A stretch of 64,000 bases of DNA from Squalus acanthias (Eukaryota). Where the stretch lies: contig CM059432.1 of assembly GCA_030390025.1 (NCBI GenBank), forward strand, positions 102,054,001 to 102,118,000. The letters run 5' to 3'. The notes below the pieces were generated by a model, which was not told the DNA's origin, did no database searches, and was given only the letters and a program-made list of their open reading frames with translations. The position numbers and the translations under genes are program-made. Of this stretch, positions 26,769 to 38,365 are shown piece after piece. The first letter of the stretch is position 1. Each line of letters begins with the position of its first letter.

Positions 26769-27170
26769 CCAAATTCCCAACTTTTACACCCTGATTAGGT
26801 GCACTCCATTTAAGACCACTCTGTGCGTCAGCAGATATTGTTTACTTTTTATACAACCAACTTACAAGTGCTGACTCTGCTTGCTGCTCACAGTAATTAG
26901 CTCCTATTCAGGCAAACACTTACAGCTGATTGACAGCTAACTGCCACTGACAGGCAGTTTCTGTTAACTTTTGACCACAGTTTATTTTATAGTTTTTAAA
27001 GTTCTAAGTTAATTTCAAAATGTTGAACTAAATTTCAGTTTTTACATCTAGTACTCACCCAGTACTTATCAGAGACTTCCACTCTCTCCAATTTCCCAAC
27101 TTTTACACTCTGTTTAAATGTACTCCGTATTAGACCACTCTATGCAGACCACTCTGTGCGTCAACAAATA
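26769..27170 (-). repeat. Duplicated ~70-85-bp unit in the putative CR1 5'UTR
   Basis: CCAA.TTCCCAACTTTTACAC.CTG...AGACCACTCTGTGCGTCA occurs at ~26769-26840 and ~27088-27170. Confidence 0.7.
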
Positions 27171-28476
27171 CTGCTGGTCAATGGTGACCCCCAAGATGGT
27201 GATGATAGGAGGCTTGGAGATAGGCTTGGTACCATTGAAGGAGATGGGTGGGCTTTCTCTTGTTCAATGATCATTGCCTGGCACTTCTCTTTCCTGCCAT
27301 TTGTCAGCCGAAGCCTGGATATTACCCAGGTCTCGCTGTAGTTCTGGTAGTGGCTGTTGTGCGGTTTATTTTGGATAGATTAAAAATGAACTTAAAGTTA
27401 AATATTGAATTAACAGTGGAAGGAAATTATTGTGACAAGTGTATCTACATCCTGGTGTGAAGCCCCAAGAATGCCATTATCGCAAATCTACCCACCTCTT
27501 TAATTTCTCATAGCTGAGCTGATGGAATTCTATAATTCATCAAAGCAGTTCATCTTTGCAAGACAGGGGTGGAAAAAGCTTCCCTCCCTACATGATTTGT
27601 AGCTCATGCCAGCTAACTTCAGAACAACGCAGTCGGCATGAAGAAAGTCAATTCCCATCCTGTCACCTGGAAGAGGTTTTGTAAAGGTAATAGTCTGGCA
27701 CGAGGAGAATAGTAACTTTTATTGTGGATGTGCAGACATTTTAAAAAGAATTAGAATTTTTTCCCCAAATGATTTTATTTTTGAGTAGTATAGTAAATTA
27801 AAAAGTAAAAGCTGGAGATCAAAATAGAAACAGAAAAATGCTGAAAAAACAGCAGGTCACTGCATTGGTGAGGAGAAAAGGCAAGTTAAACATTGGAGTG
27901 CAGGCACATTTTTGTCACACTTGCAAATACTTTAATATACAAATCTTGTCAGACCTCCCTTTATTCAGAGTCAGAAAGGGAGCATTGGGAGTAGGTGAAG
28001 AAAACCCAACAACTACGTATCTGAATAGGAATCAGATTACAAAGGGATCAGGATCAGAAGAAAGTGAAGGGGAAGAGGGATTGAGGATCAACTGGCATCC
28101 TGGAGTTACTTGAGTTCCCCGTCTTCGCCAAAGAAGAAAAAAATGTTTGGGTTAAGCAGTGGATGAGACCAAAAGATGATGTGGAATTGAGAAGCAGGGC
28201 AGTTAGATTGGAGATTGAACTAATGCTGCTGGAGAAAGCCAATGCATGATGGCACATGGCAGATTGAATTAAAGTTCAAGAACATACACCCTACAGGGAA
28301 CATTATTGAAGCCATTTAAAACCATCTTTTCTATTTTCAGAAATTGATTACCTGTATTTTCTGTTTATATTTTAAAAGAAATTAAATGTTTCTCAGGTCA
28401 TGACAGAATACAAATAAACAGTATATACAGCTTTTAGCTTTCACAGTTCTCATATTGAGGATACATTTATTTCACG

Positions 28477-29135
28477 ATGCGGTCTCCTCTACATTGGGGA
28501 GACCAAACGCAGATTGGGTGACCGCTTTGCGGAACACCTCCGTTCAGTCCGTAAGGAGGACCCCGAGCTTCCGGTCGCCTGTCACTTCAATTCTCCGCTC
28601 CACTCGCACTCTGACCTCTCCGTCCTCGGCCTCTTACATTATTCCAATGAAGCTCAACGTAAGCTCGAGGAACAGCACCTCATCTTTCGATTAGGCACTT
28701 TACAGCCTTCTGGACTCAACATCAAGTTCAACAATTTCAGACCATAACCACTACCCCTATTTTTTCACATGGCAGCTGTTGATGATTCTGCTATTCCCAT
28801 TTACACCTCTTCTAGACTCATCTTTTGTTTCTTTACTTATCCCATTACCATCTCCTTTTGTTTGTACTATCATACCTTTTGTCATTTAATCTCTCCTGCC
28901 TTCCATCCTATCACAGACCTTCCTTTTTGTTCTTTCCTCCTCTCCCCCTTTTCCTGCCCCTGCACTTGCTTAAAATCTGTTACATCTCTAACTTTTTCCA
29001 GTTCTGATGAAAGGTCATCAACCTGAAACGTTAACTCTGTTTCTCTCTCCACAGCTGCTGCCTGACCTGCTGAGTATTTCCAGCTTTTTCTGTTTTTATT
29101 TCAGATTTCCAGCATCGGTAGTATTTTGTTTTTGT
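28477..29135 (+). mobile_element. Penelope-like retroelement 3' fragment (GIY-YIG end plus pseudo-LTR)
   Basis: CGLLYIGETKRRLGDRFAEHLRSV...PVACHFN...RKLEEQHLIFRLGTLQPSGLN, followed by a pyrimidine-rich pLTR. Confidence 0.9.
29000..29036 (+). ncRNA. Minimal type-I hammerhead ribozyme motif in the Penelope pLTR
   Basis: AGTT-CTGATGA-A-AGGT(CATCA)ACCT-GAAA-CGTT-AACT: both core boxes, stem II, palindromic ACGT stem III and stem I AGTT/AACT. Confidence 0.65.
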
Positions 29136-29329
29136 ACATTTATGAAGGTCTGGTATAGCTATAGCAGTTCTTCACAATCAGGTGCGATTATTAGTTGGCA
29201 AGGAGCCTAATGTCATACAAGTAGGAGAGAAGGATCTTGTTGGATGCTGGGTTGGATACGCAAAAGAGCTGGTGGGGGTGGTAGGTGGAGGAAGGAAACA
29301 GGTCTCTGTCTATTCAGAAGTCAGCCAAG

Positions 29330-29600
29330 AAACATAGGAACAGGAGTAGGCCATTCAGCCCCTTGAGCACATTCAGCCAATCAATTAGATTGTGCCCGAT
29401 CTGTATCTTAACTCCATTTGCTTGCTATTGTCCATATCTCTTGATACCCTTACCTAACGAAAACCCATCAGTCTTGAAATTTTCAAATGACGTAGCATCC
29501 ACATTCTATTGGGGGAGAGAGTTCCAGATTTACACTACCCTTTGAGTGAAAAAGTGCTTCCTGACTTCACTCCTGAATGACCTAGCTCTAATTTTAAGTT
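29330..29600 (-). mobile_element. CR1 3' fragment
   Basis: Tail AGGAGTAGGCCATTCAGCCCC followed by ORF2-end sequence. Confidence 0.75.
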
Positions 29601-30634
29601 TAAGAGATCCCTCAAGCTATGGAGCCTTGAGGTGATTTGGGTGGGTGTGGAGGAAGGGGTGTCTTGGCAATTTTCCTAGTTCCAGGTACAGTCTGTACAT
29701 CACTTGCTCTGTTTAGGTGGAGGGGGGCTGGTGAGGGGAGGTGCAGGGTCTAGCTATGCCAGAGGTGAGGTTTGCACTTTCTTACTGCTTGGGAAAATCT
29801 GGGTGAGCCACGGAGGGCTGGAGGTTCCTTGCCTCCTTCCAATAAAGCGAGATGGCATGGAGTGTTGATCTTGACTGACATTAAGTCACGGATGACAGAC
29901 TTTACTTTGTCTAAACATCCTTTATCAACATGATTTGGCAAGCTGTAAAGGCCTACCAGTAGTAGTAAATGCATTTCTGCTATACTAGGAAATTTCACGA
30001 CAGCTACTCAGCGCAAGACAGAAATTCAGAGCAAGTAATCTGTTCCAGTTGTGGATAAATTCCAAAAGACATAGGCTGAGGACAAGACTCTGGTCATATC
30101 AAAAGAAATGGGTCAGTCTTAGTAAAAACAAAAACTACTAAGGTGGCTGTGGTTATTTCTTTTATCACTTATCACAATGTTGGAAAAAAGATGGAATATC
30201 AGATGTCCAGTAAATCTATCCATTATTGGCCTATTGTGCCTCACTTGCAGTTTGTTAATATTGACACTGGCTAGAAAATTAATTCACCTCACAAGAACAT
30301 TAGACCAGGTAAGGTAGACACAAAAAAAAACAGCTAAATTATTTACTGCCCAGTGAAAAAAAATTACCCCATATTCATTGTTATTGCTCAAAGAAAGGAT
30401 GGGAGTGCTAAATCACACGCTAACGGCCTAGCTCAGTGGCGTTACACTCAAAGCGCTAACCAATATCAGGTGCAGTCTAATCACTAGTCATCATTGCCAC
30501 AGGCTCTTTCCAGTTCTTAAAGGGGAGGTTCATTGATGCTGCAGAACCTCATTCTCAACATTGCTGGCTGTGAACCTTTATCAGCAAGCAGGAGCAGGCC
30601 AAGCCAAAGGAGCCAGACGACTCAAGCAGGTTTC

Positions 30635-32472
30635 ATGATGGCAGATCCATGCCCCAGGGAGAGAGCCCACAGATTTTCAGACCAAGCATTGGAGGAGTTA
30701 GTGTCCATTGTGCTCTACCCGGCAAGTGGCAGGAGGCCCTCGCCGCAAGTCTTCCATGCCATGTAGAGGGAGGTTGCCCATCAGGTCTTGGGCAGCACTG
30801 TGCTTCCCAGGACCCACACACAGTGCAGGAAGAAATTTACCAACCTCACTCAGGTGGTCACGTTGAGGCAATGCCTCAAAAAATGCAACATACCACCGTT
30901 TGAACCACAGTCTGCACACACTGGCCAAAGAACCACACCTCCAGCACTCACCCACCAACAATCACTACCTACCAACACTCACACCCACATCTCACACCTT
31001 GCACACAATAACAGCTATTCAACGATGTCAGGCACATCATCCAAACACATTACTCCACACTCACTCACACACTTTCCTTTCTCTTGCAGGCCAAGGTGGC
31101 TCACAACAGGAGGGAGCACGAGCGCACAGCCGGGGGACAAGCCGACACCCAAACACTGTCTGCGCTGGAGAACAGAATGCTCGAGATCATTGGGCGCCAG
31201 GTGGTGGGCGCCGTGGCCACTGGCGACGTTGACCTCCTTGAGGATAACAACGATATGTTCATCCCTACTCCTTCTTCTCACATCCCACTTCCCCCTCACC
31301 CCACATGCCTTTCGCACTTTCCACCTAATCATGCTGTATGCCTGCCTTTCTCTCTTCCTGCCCCCCTCCCCTCAACTTAACCCGTCTCTTGTGCCTTTAT
31401 GCTTTCAGATAATGAGCAAGCATTGGAGCAGCCTGTCCCTGAGCACACCATTGAGAGCGATGCGGGAGAAGAGGAGGAGGAAGAACACACCGCGTCACTG
31501 CATGTCTCACCCGCAGGCACCAGCTCAGATACTGGCACTACGCGTTCTTTAGAGGCTAGGATAGTAGCGGGATCTGCACAGGGTGATGCACCGGAGATGA
31601 GTGGGCTGCAGCAAGGTCAGGGGGAAAGGGTAGCTCAGGAGTGAGCTCCCCGGAGGGGGAGTTCGCGTGTGAGTTCTGCTGCACAGGACTCAGATGAGGA
31701 CCTCGATGGGGAGGCACTTAGAAGAAGGGTGATGGGCATGCACACGGAGATCGTAGGTGCAATGGCAAGGGTGCCCGAGAGCCTCTCAGCAATGGTAAGG
31801 AGCATGGAGGAATCCGTCTCCAACATTGCACAGAGCTCTACGCACACCATGGAGCCCAACATTTCTAGTCTGGAAAGGATGGTCAATTCCCAGAGAGACC
31901 GTGGTGACCCAAACCTGATGCCACGTGTGATGGGCGATCTGGCAGCTTTCATTGCAGCACTGGCGGAAGCGACGCAACGTCTTAGTGCTGTAATGGAGTC
32001 TATGGTTGGTGCCATTCAATCTCAGACTGCTCTCATGCAGTCTCAGCTTGATGTCACGCAAGCTCTGACTGCTGCCATCGTGGCTGGGTCTACCACCGTT
32101 GACCGGGGCTTTCATAGTGTCGCAACAGGCCAGCAATCTGTGCTGCAACAGATTGCTAGGGATGCTGAGGTGCTGCCCCGGGGGAGTGGCAGTGGGTCAG
32201 TGGAGCAGGAACCTGCTCTCCTCTCTCAGGATGACAGCATTCCTGCTCCCACCACTGCCACTCCGCAATTGCCCTTGTCGCTGCCCGTCATCCAGCCAGC
32301 CCAGACTGCTGCCGCCCATGCTGAGGTGGTGCAGTCTACAGCCAGGCCTTTCAGGCCCAGAGCTGGTCGAGGGCATCCTGCAAGGCCATCTGAAGTCTCC
32401 CGCACGGACAGTCAGCAGCCTTCCACCAGCCCTGCTGCAGCTACTGTCTCTCATTTCAGCTGTGTGCTGTGA
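30635..32472 (+). pseudogene. Harbinger Myb/SANT-like DNA-binding protein gene, three exons (~30635-30862, 31090-31252, 31409-32472)
   Basis: RERAHRFSDQALEELV...M*REVAHQV...RTHTQCRKKFTNL, then exon 2 AKVAHNRREHERTAGG after a TTGCAG acceptor. It has in-frame stops and mutated donor sites. Confidence 0.85.
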
Positions 32473-32599
32473 TATGGCCTGCGACAGGGATGGAATGATG
32501 GGGATGTGGTGAGCAACGGGGATCTGGGGTTTAATTTATTGGAACCGCAGTCTGATGAGGCGATCACGGACTGCCCTTCTAGAAGGCCGATTGAGTGGC

Positions 32600-33703
32600 T
32601 GCCTCCTCCCTTGCTCCTGTTACTCCTCCTCGTCCTCCTCCTCATCCTCCTCCTCTTCCTCTTCCTCTTCCTCCTCCTGAGGTGGTCCCACAATCCCGGC
32701 TGGCAAGGGCTGGGCCCTCATGATGGCCAGATTGTGGAGCATGCAGCAGACCACGACGAAATGGGACACCTGCTCCAGTGAGTACTGGAGGGCTCCTCCC
32801 GAGCAGTCAAGGCAGCGGAACCATTGCTTGAGCACCCCGATGGTCTGCTTAATAATGTTCCTGGTGGCAGCATGGCTCTCATTATATGAGTGCTGGGCAG
32901 GAGTGTTGGGGTTGCAGAGGGGAGTCATGAGCCAGGTGGAGAGCAGATACCCCTTGTCTCTGATCAGCCAGCTGCGAGATTGATGTGGTGGCTGGAAGAG
33001 TGCTGGCACAGGATGAAGGCATCGTGGCTGCTGCCAGGATAGCGGGCATTCACATTGAGGATTCGCTGGCTGTGGTCGCACACCAACTGCACATTAAGTG
33101 AGTGGTAGCGTTTGCAGTTACGGAAGATCTCAGGATTGTTATGTGGGTGCAGTCAATGGCGTGCTGCACCAAGGGGAATCCTGCTCTCCTGGCAAAGCCA
33201 CATGCACGCTCGTCCTGCTTCTCTCTGGTGATGGGGAAGGAAATGTATTCCCTTCTCCTACTGTAGAGAGCCTCTGTGACCTCCCGGATGCAGTGATGGA
33301 TGGTGAACTGCAAGATGTTACCTATATCTCCTGTTGCAGACTGGAAGGATCCGCTGGCAAAGAAATTGAGGGCGACGATGATCTTGACTGCCACTGAGAG
33401 AGCTGTGGTCGCCCTGATCTGAGGATCGAGGTCTGGTTGCAGGAGGTGGCAGAGTTCTGTGACCACCTCCTTGCTAAAGCGGAGTCTTCTAAGATACTGC
33501 TTCTGGCTTAATTGGAGGTAGGAGACGTGCTCTCGGAATACCCTCAGAGGGTAAGGCCTCCTGTTGAGAGCCCTGATGGCCCTCCTCCTCCCTCTGGCTA
33601 CATGTTCCAATCTTTCTCGCTGCCTGCACTCAATCCGCAGTAGATCCTGGAGGGTGAGGTCAACTGCCAGTACAGCCCCCATAAATGTAACCAAGTGTCG
33701 CAC
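32600..33703 (-). pseudogene. Harbinger DDE transposase (HARBI1-like), frameshifted
   Basis: LRRLRFSKE, ALNFFASGSFQ, AIDCTHI, DKGYLL, HAATRNIIKQTIGVLKQWFRCLD, CCMLHNLA and an acidic tail. Confidence 0.92.
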
Positions 33704-34243
33704 TTTGATATGTTGTGAGAATAAATGTAACTAATTGTTAGTAGCCACAACACTCCGGAGACTAAATAACCTTTAAATGACTGATTTAAACTGTTGCACA
33801 ATGTCAAACTGACAAAGAAGCCATGAAACAACACTAACCTGAGAGCTGCGACTCATTACTCATGATCTCTTTCAGTCGCGCCCCTGGAGCCGGCTTCCGA
33901 CTGCTTCACGCCTCCTCCCCCTGTCACTGTCGGGGCGAGGCGCTAAGGCAGGGGCCGATACTCATTTTGGCAGATTGGGTGCCCAGTGAGCGTTGCACAA
34001 TCTGCCTGGCACTGAAGTCCCCGGCGCTAACTTGTAGCGGCGGTGCTACGTGGGGGGGGGGGGGGCGGGGGCGGGGGCGGCAGGGGGGGTGAATTTAGCG
34101 TGCGCCGCTGGATTCACCTTGCCGTGGCGCTACTGCCTCAGCACCACGTTTGCACCCCCGCCAGGTGCTAACTGGAGGCTCTAAGATACCGAATGATTGA
34201 GAAACTGTAAACATTTTGAAGTGCTCTGTTTGATAAAGTATGA

Positions 34244-34449
34244 GAAGTCGCACAACACCAGGTTATAGTCCAACAGTTTTATTTAAAATCAGGAGCTTTC
34301 GGAGCGCTGCTCCTTCGTCAGGTAAAGTCAGGTAAAGGAGCAGCGCTCCGAAAGCTCGTGATTTCAAATAAAACTGTTGGACTTTTACCTGGTGTTGTGC
34401 GACTTCTCATTTTTGTCCACCCCAGTCCAACACCGGCATCTCCGCATCA
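34244..34449. mobile_element. Short Penelope-type inverted-repeat element with a hammerhead core
   Basis: ~75-bp inverted arms and a 13-bp direct repeat TGATAAAGTATGA (34231-43, 34450-62). The minus strand reads CTGACGA-A-GGAGC(AGC)GCTCC-GAAA-GCTC. Confidence 0.75.
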
Positions 34450-37199
34450 TGATAAAGTATGACTGTCAGAAAAGACCACAAAATAACAAAAAACCTTAGG
34501 ATTAAAACAATTAAAATTTTCTTTATGAAGGCAGAATTGTCACACAGATTGCGACAGTATGGAAGATCATTTTAACCAGGAAACTGAAGGGATCAGATCA
34601 GTTGCCGGTGTTGCACCCTGCCCGATTTTACTCTCCATTGCAGATTGAACGGGGTGTGAAACCAGCGTTCGACCAGATCATCAGTTTCCTGATGGACAGG
34701 TTAAGCTAAAATGGCCCTGTGTGTATTTGGGGAGGGGGCAACAGTTTGATAAGGACTACTCAGGCATTCAACACTGGGGAAGGGAGAGGAGAGAATGATG
34801 TTATTAAAACAATTATTAGTAATATAAACGCAAGATATGGTAAATTAGTGCATAAATCACACTTCCATAGACATTTTCTATTCTGTAACTCTCTAAGCGT
34901 AATTACATAGCAGGAGTGCTACACCGGACCCCACAAGGAAACCATGGACCCCCTTGACTTATTCCTATTCCGACCACAATCACCTCCAGAACATTCCTGC
35001 CTCCTCGAACTACTTACCTGACTGCCAGGGTCTGTTCCCTCAGCTCTCCGGTGGAGGCCTCCTGCTACCTTACAATCTCCCTCCCACCAGCCCGCCAGGT
35101 AGTGATTCCGGGTCCATGTAGGAGCCTCAGTTTGCTTATGGAAGATGGAGCTAAAATGGCCCAAGCCTCATGCCGGACAAGCAAGCTTGACACATCTGGG
35201 GCGGGGGGAATTTGAACCTCAAAAACCGGACGGGTGGGAGGTTAAAGTTTAAAAATCTGAATCCCGACCCTAACTCGCCTCCATCTCACCCACGTCCAGT
35301 TTGAAATGAGGCGCGATTTGGGGGGGCGGGGGGGGGGGGTGGGTGCGCGTGGGGTGAGGTTGTGGCGGGCTGGCAATCAACCCGCTCGCAGGAGGAGGGT
35401 CGGCCATTTAAATATTATAATGAGGCTGCCTCGGGAAACCCGCTGGCTAAAGGGAGGTGAGGACTGCTGGTTCTAGGAGGTAAATGCCTTTCCACCCCCG
35501 AGGCCTCTGATCTCAACCCCCTCCCCCGAGGCTTCTGTTCTCCCACCTCCCCCCCGCCCCCCCCCGCCCCCAGCCTCTGATCCCTCAGGCCTCCAACCTC
35601 CAATCCCCACTCCCCACCCGGCCTATACTATGTGCGATGACACACGAGATCAACGAGTTAAATATTAAATTTAGTATGCGGGGCATGCTTTTCATTGAAA
35701 ACTTACTATAAGTACCTGCAATAACTGATACTCCTGTAGGTGGTGCTGCAATTGATGCTTTTCACGCTCAAGGTGTCATAATGTGTGACACACGATAGCT
35801 GCTATTTTAGTTCGAGTATATTACTTTGGGATTGCACAATCTGGCCACTAGAATCCCATAAATCCGTCAAAATGCTTTCTGAAAATGTTTTCCAATGGCA
35901 TTTATCTCAGTAACTAATTTCTAATATCCAAATTAAGGGTCTAAGCAAAACATGTCACAATAGCACGATTAAATGTACCCACTAAATTGTTTTAATGCGT
36001 TCATTGAAGTTTTTTTGAACACAAAAATCTGAACCCATCTCAAAAGCCTGGGCTTCAACTGAATACAAAGAAGAATGTTCAGTGTTTTTTTGTTGGTTGT
36101 TGGAAAAGAAAACAGATTATTTATAGAGAGTGGATTTTTAAAATACTATTGCTTTCGGATGCATATATTCAGTTAAAAATGATCTCCTGATCCATTTCTG
36201 AGGCTTAATGATTTTGTTAAATAAAAACGTGGACTGCATAAAAGATAAAATGTCATTGTTTAATGTGGTAATTTTTATTTGTTTATGGAAATTTATGTTT
36301 ATTAAAGATTGTATAAATTTGCCAACTTATTAATAGTGTGCTACCAGCACATGTCATGAATGCATGTCAGAAAATTGTGCATTTCAACTCATGGTTTTCT
36401 GTATAATAATTTTAACAAGCAGAAAATTTACACTTAAGTGCTTGAATTCAGTAACATGAAGATGGGAGCCATCTGATAATGGGACAAGCAGTGGTGGAGA
36501 CATGTGGGCAGTGGTGGGGAAGAGTGGGGATCTGTTTGTTCAAAAGGGGCCAATACTAGTTTGGGTCTCATTCTCCTGAGTCTCCTCCCCTAAAAGTTGT
36601 TAGACCCTGCTCTAATACTACCAAATCCTAGCAACCCCAATGTTTCAAAACACCCCCAAGTCCTGTTGGACATCAGGATCTCCCTCCTAAGACTTCTTCC
36701 CCTCCCCCAAATCCTTCAACCCTCTCTTGGTGCTCACAAATCCCTAGACTGCATTTCCAGTGCTCCCTAATGCTAAAATCACTCCCATTGCTCCTGGACC
36801 TCGAGAACGCTGGTCCACTGCGGCTAGCTTCTTTTGATACCTCTCCCAGCGATCCCAGATCACAGGATCTGCCCCCGTGTTCCTGAGATCTCACTCTTCA
36901 GTGTTTTTCGAACCCTGGAAGCCTCCTCCCACTGCTCACAGACCATGGGAACCAACTTCAAAGCACTGCTAGACCCTGAAACCCTATCCCAGTACTGCCA
37001 GATCTCAGGGCCACCCTGAATGCTAATAAATGTGCCCCTTGTTATACTGCTTTGTATAACCCTCCTGTTTTTATAAAACCTCTGATTCCCCATGAGCTCC
37101 AGGAGATTTACTAGTACATAGAACACAGAATATCGCACTGGCAATGATATGAAACCAGCTTAGAAATCACCGTTGGCAGTATTATCTGATGAATGCTTA

Positions 37200-37400
37200 C
37201 CTTCAACCCATAACCAATACCACCAAAACAGATGCTCTCATCAATTATCTCATTTGCTACTTGCAAGACCCTGCTGTGCACAAATTGGCTTCCACATTTG
37301 CCTAAACAACATCAGTGAGTACACTTAAAACGTAATTAATTGGCTATAAGGCAGTTTGGGATGTCCTGAGCACATTAAAGGCGCTGTATAAATGCAAAAT
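37200..37400 (+). mobile_element. Deu-SINE 3' fragment
   Basis: TGCTGTGCACAAATTGGCT and the tail AAGGCGCTGTATAAATGCAA, matching 6030-6200. Confidence 0.75.
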
Positions 37401-38155
37401 CTTTGTTTCCTCTAACCACGGTCTTAGCAGAGAAATAAGTAAATTATATTTAAATGTTTCTGATGTAAGGAGAAAAGTCCACACTCCTGATGGCTCCCCC
37501 ACAAATGAATTTATGAACATGTTAAAATAGCGGGTGAAGGAGTCTTATAAGAATGGTTAAACGTTTGTCCATGAATACTGCCAACAATAATTTCCAAGTT
37601 ATAATATTTAAATAAGGTACACAAGTGACAAAATGCTGTGTGTGTTACACAACCTGTCTACTTTTTGGTTAAATGCTGTTTCACACTATTGCTGTTGTGA
37701 TGGTTTCTATTTTGCCAGAGGCTGGGTTGTTCATTGTGAGGTAATACCCGTGAGATATGATTTATAACAGTACCCTATCAGCAGAGCAAAACACACTGGA
37801 TATTTAAACTCAGCAGCTGGTTCCTTCTCATCTACATCCTACAGAAAAGTCCGTGCGAACATTCTCATGACCGCCAGGTTATCATCAATGAATGGGAAAT
37901 CTAAACGAATCATAAAGTCCTCACAGTTGCAACTATTATGAAACAGGACCATTTTTCTTTTTAAAAACAGCTTCGAAAAATTCTGACATTTGCTCTGTTA
38001 AGGTGTCCCTCCATACTTTATCGTGTTAATCCAAGTGCACCTCACATTTAATACTATTTTCTGATCTAAACTCTTAAGATTTTCTTCTTATTATTATTTT
38101 TATTCATCCCCATGGCATAAAGAGACAATGTGCTAGGGAAACAGTTGGATACAGT

Positions 38156-38304
38156 GGAGTAGATTTTCAACATAGCGCTCAGACATAAAACTGGCGTGGT
38201 GGATCAGCCGCACACCACACAATGAAAATCGGACGGTTTCTATAATGGGCAGCTGATCCGCAAGGCCAGTATTATACCCAGACAGCAAGTTGAAAATCTA
38301 CCCC
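38156..38304. mobile_element. Short MITE
   Basis: TIRs GGAGTAGATTTTCAAC / GTTGAAAATCTACCCC, with inner GGATCAGC / GCTGATCC. Confidence 0.7.
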
Positions 38305-38365
38305 AATACTTATCAAACAGTCATTTGTTGTGTGTTATTTGATTGGCTCTGCCTGTTGGATTATT

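Larger units (their letters stand above)
15290..27170 (-). mobile_element. Apparently full-length CR1 LINE (5'UTR, ORF1, ORF2, tail) carrying six nested insertions
   Basis: 3' tail at ~15290-15375, RT and endonuclease pieces at 15377-20690, ORF1 at 23403-25247, and a repeated 5'UTR at 26667-27170. Flanked by a CTGCT duplication (15285-89, 27171-75). Confidence 0.7.
30398..34193. mobile_element. Decayed autonomous-type Harbinger/PIF transposon with convergent Myb/SANT and transposase genes
   Basis: Both genes are recognisable. The subterminal arms resemble MITE family C. The TIRs are lost or truncated. Confidence 0.9.

Noticed and set aside
30788..31552. 254-aa ORF as an independent gene
   Set aside because: It reads through introns of the Harbinger Myb gene; only its start is in the true frame.
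32600..33703. Domesticated host gene HARBI1
   Set aside because: It is frameshifted, paired with a disrupted Myb/SANT gene, and flanked by transposon arms.
35319..35360. G-runs as functional G-quadruplexes (also ~12175-12200 and ~34050-34090)
   Set aside because: They are low-complexity tracts, mostly in TE arms, with no evidence of function.
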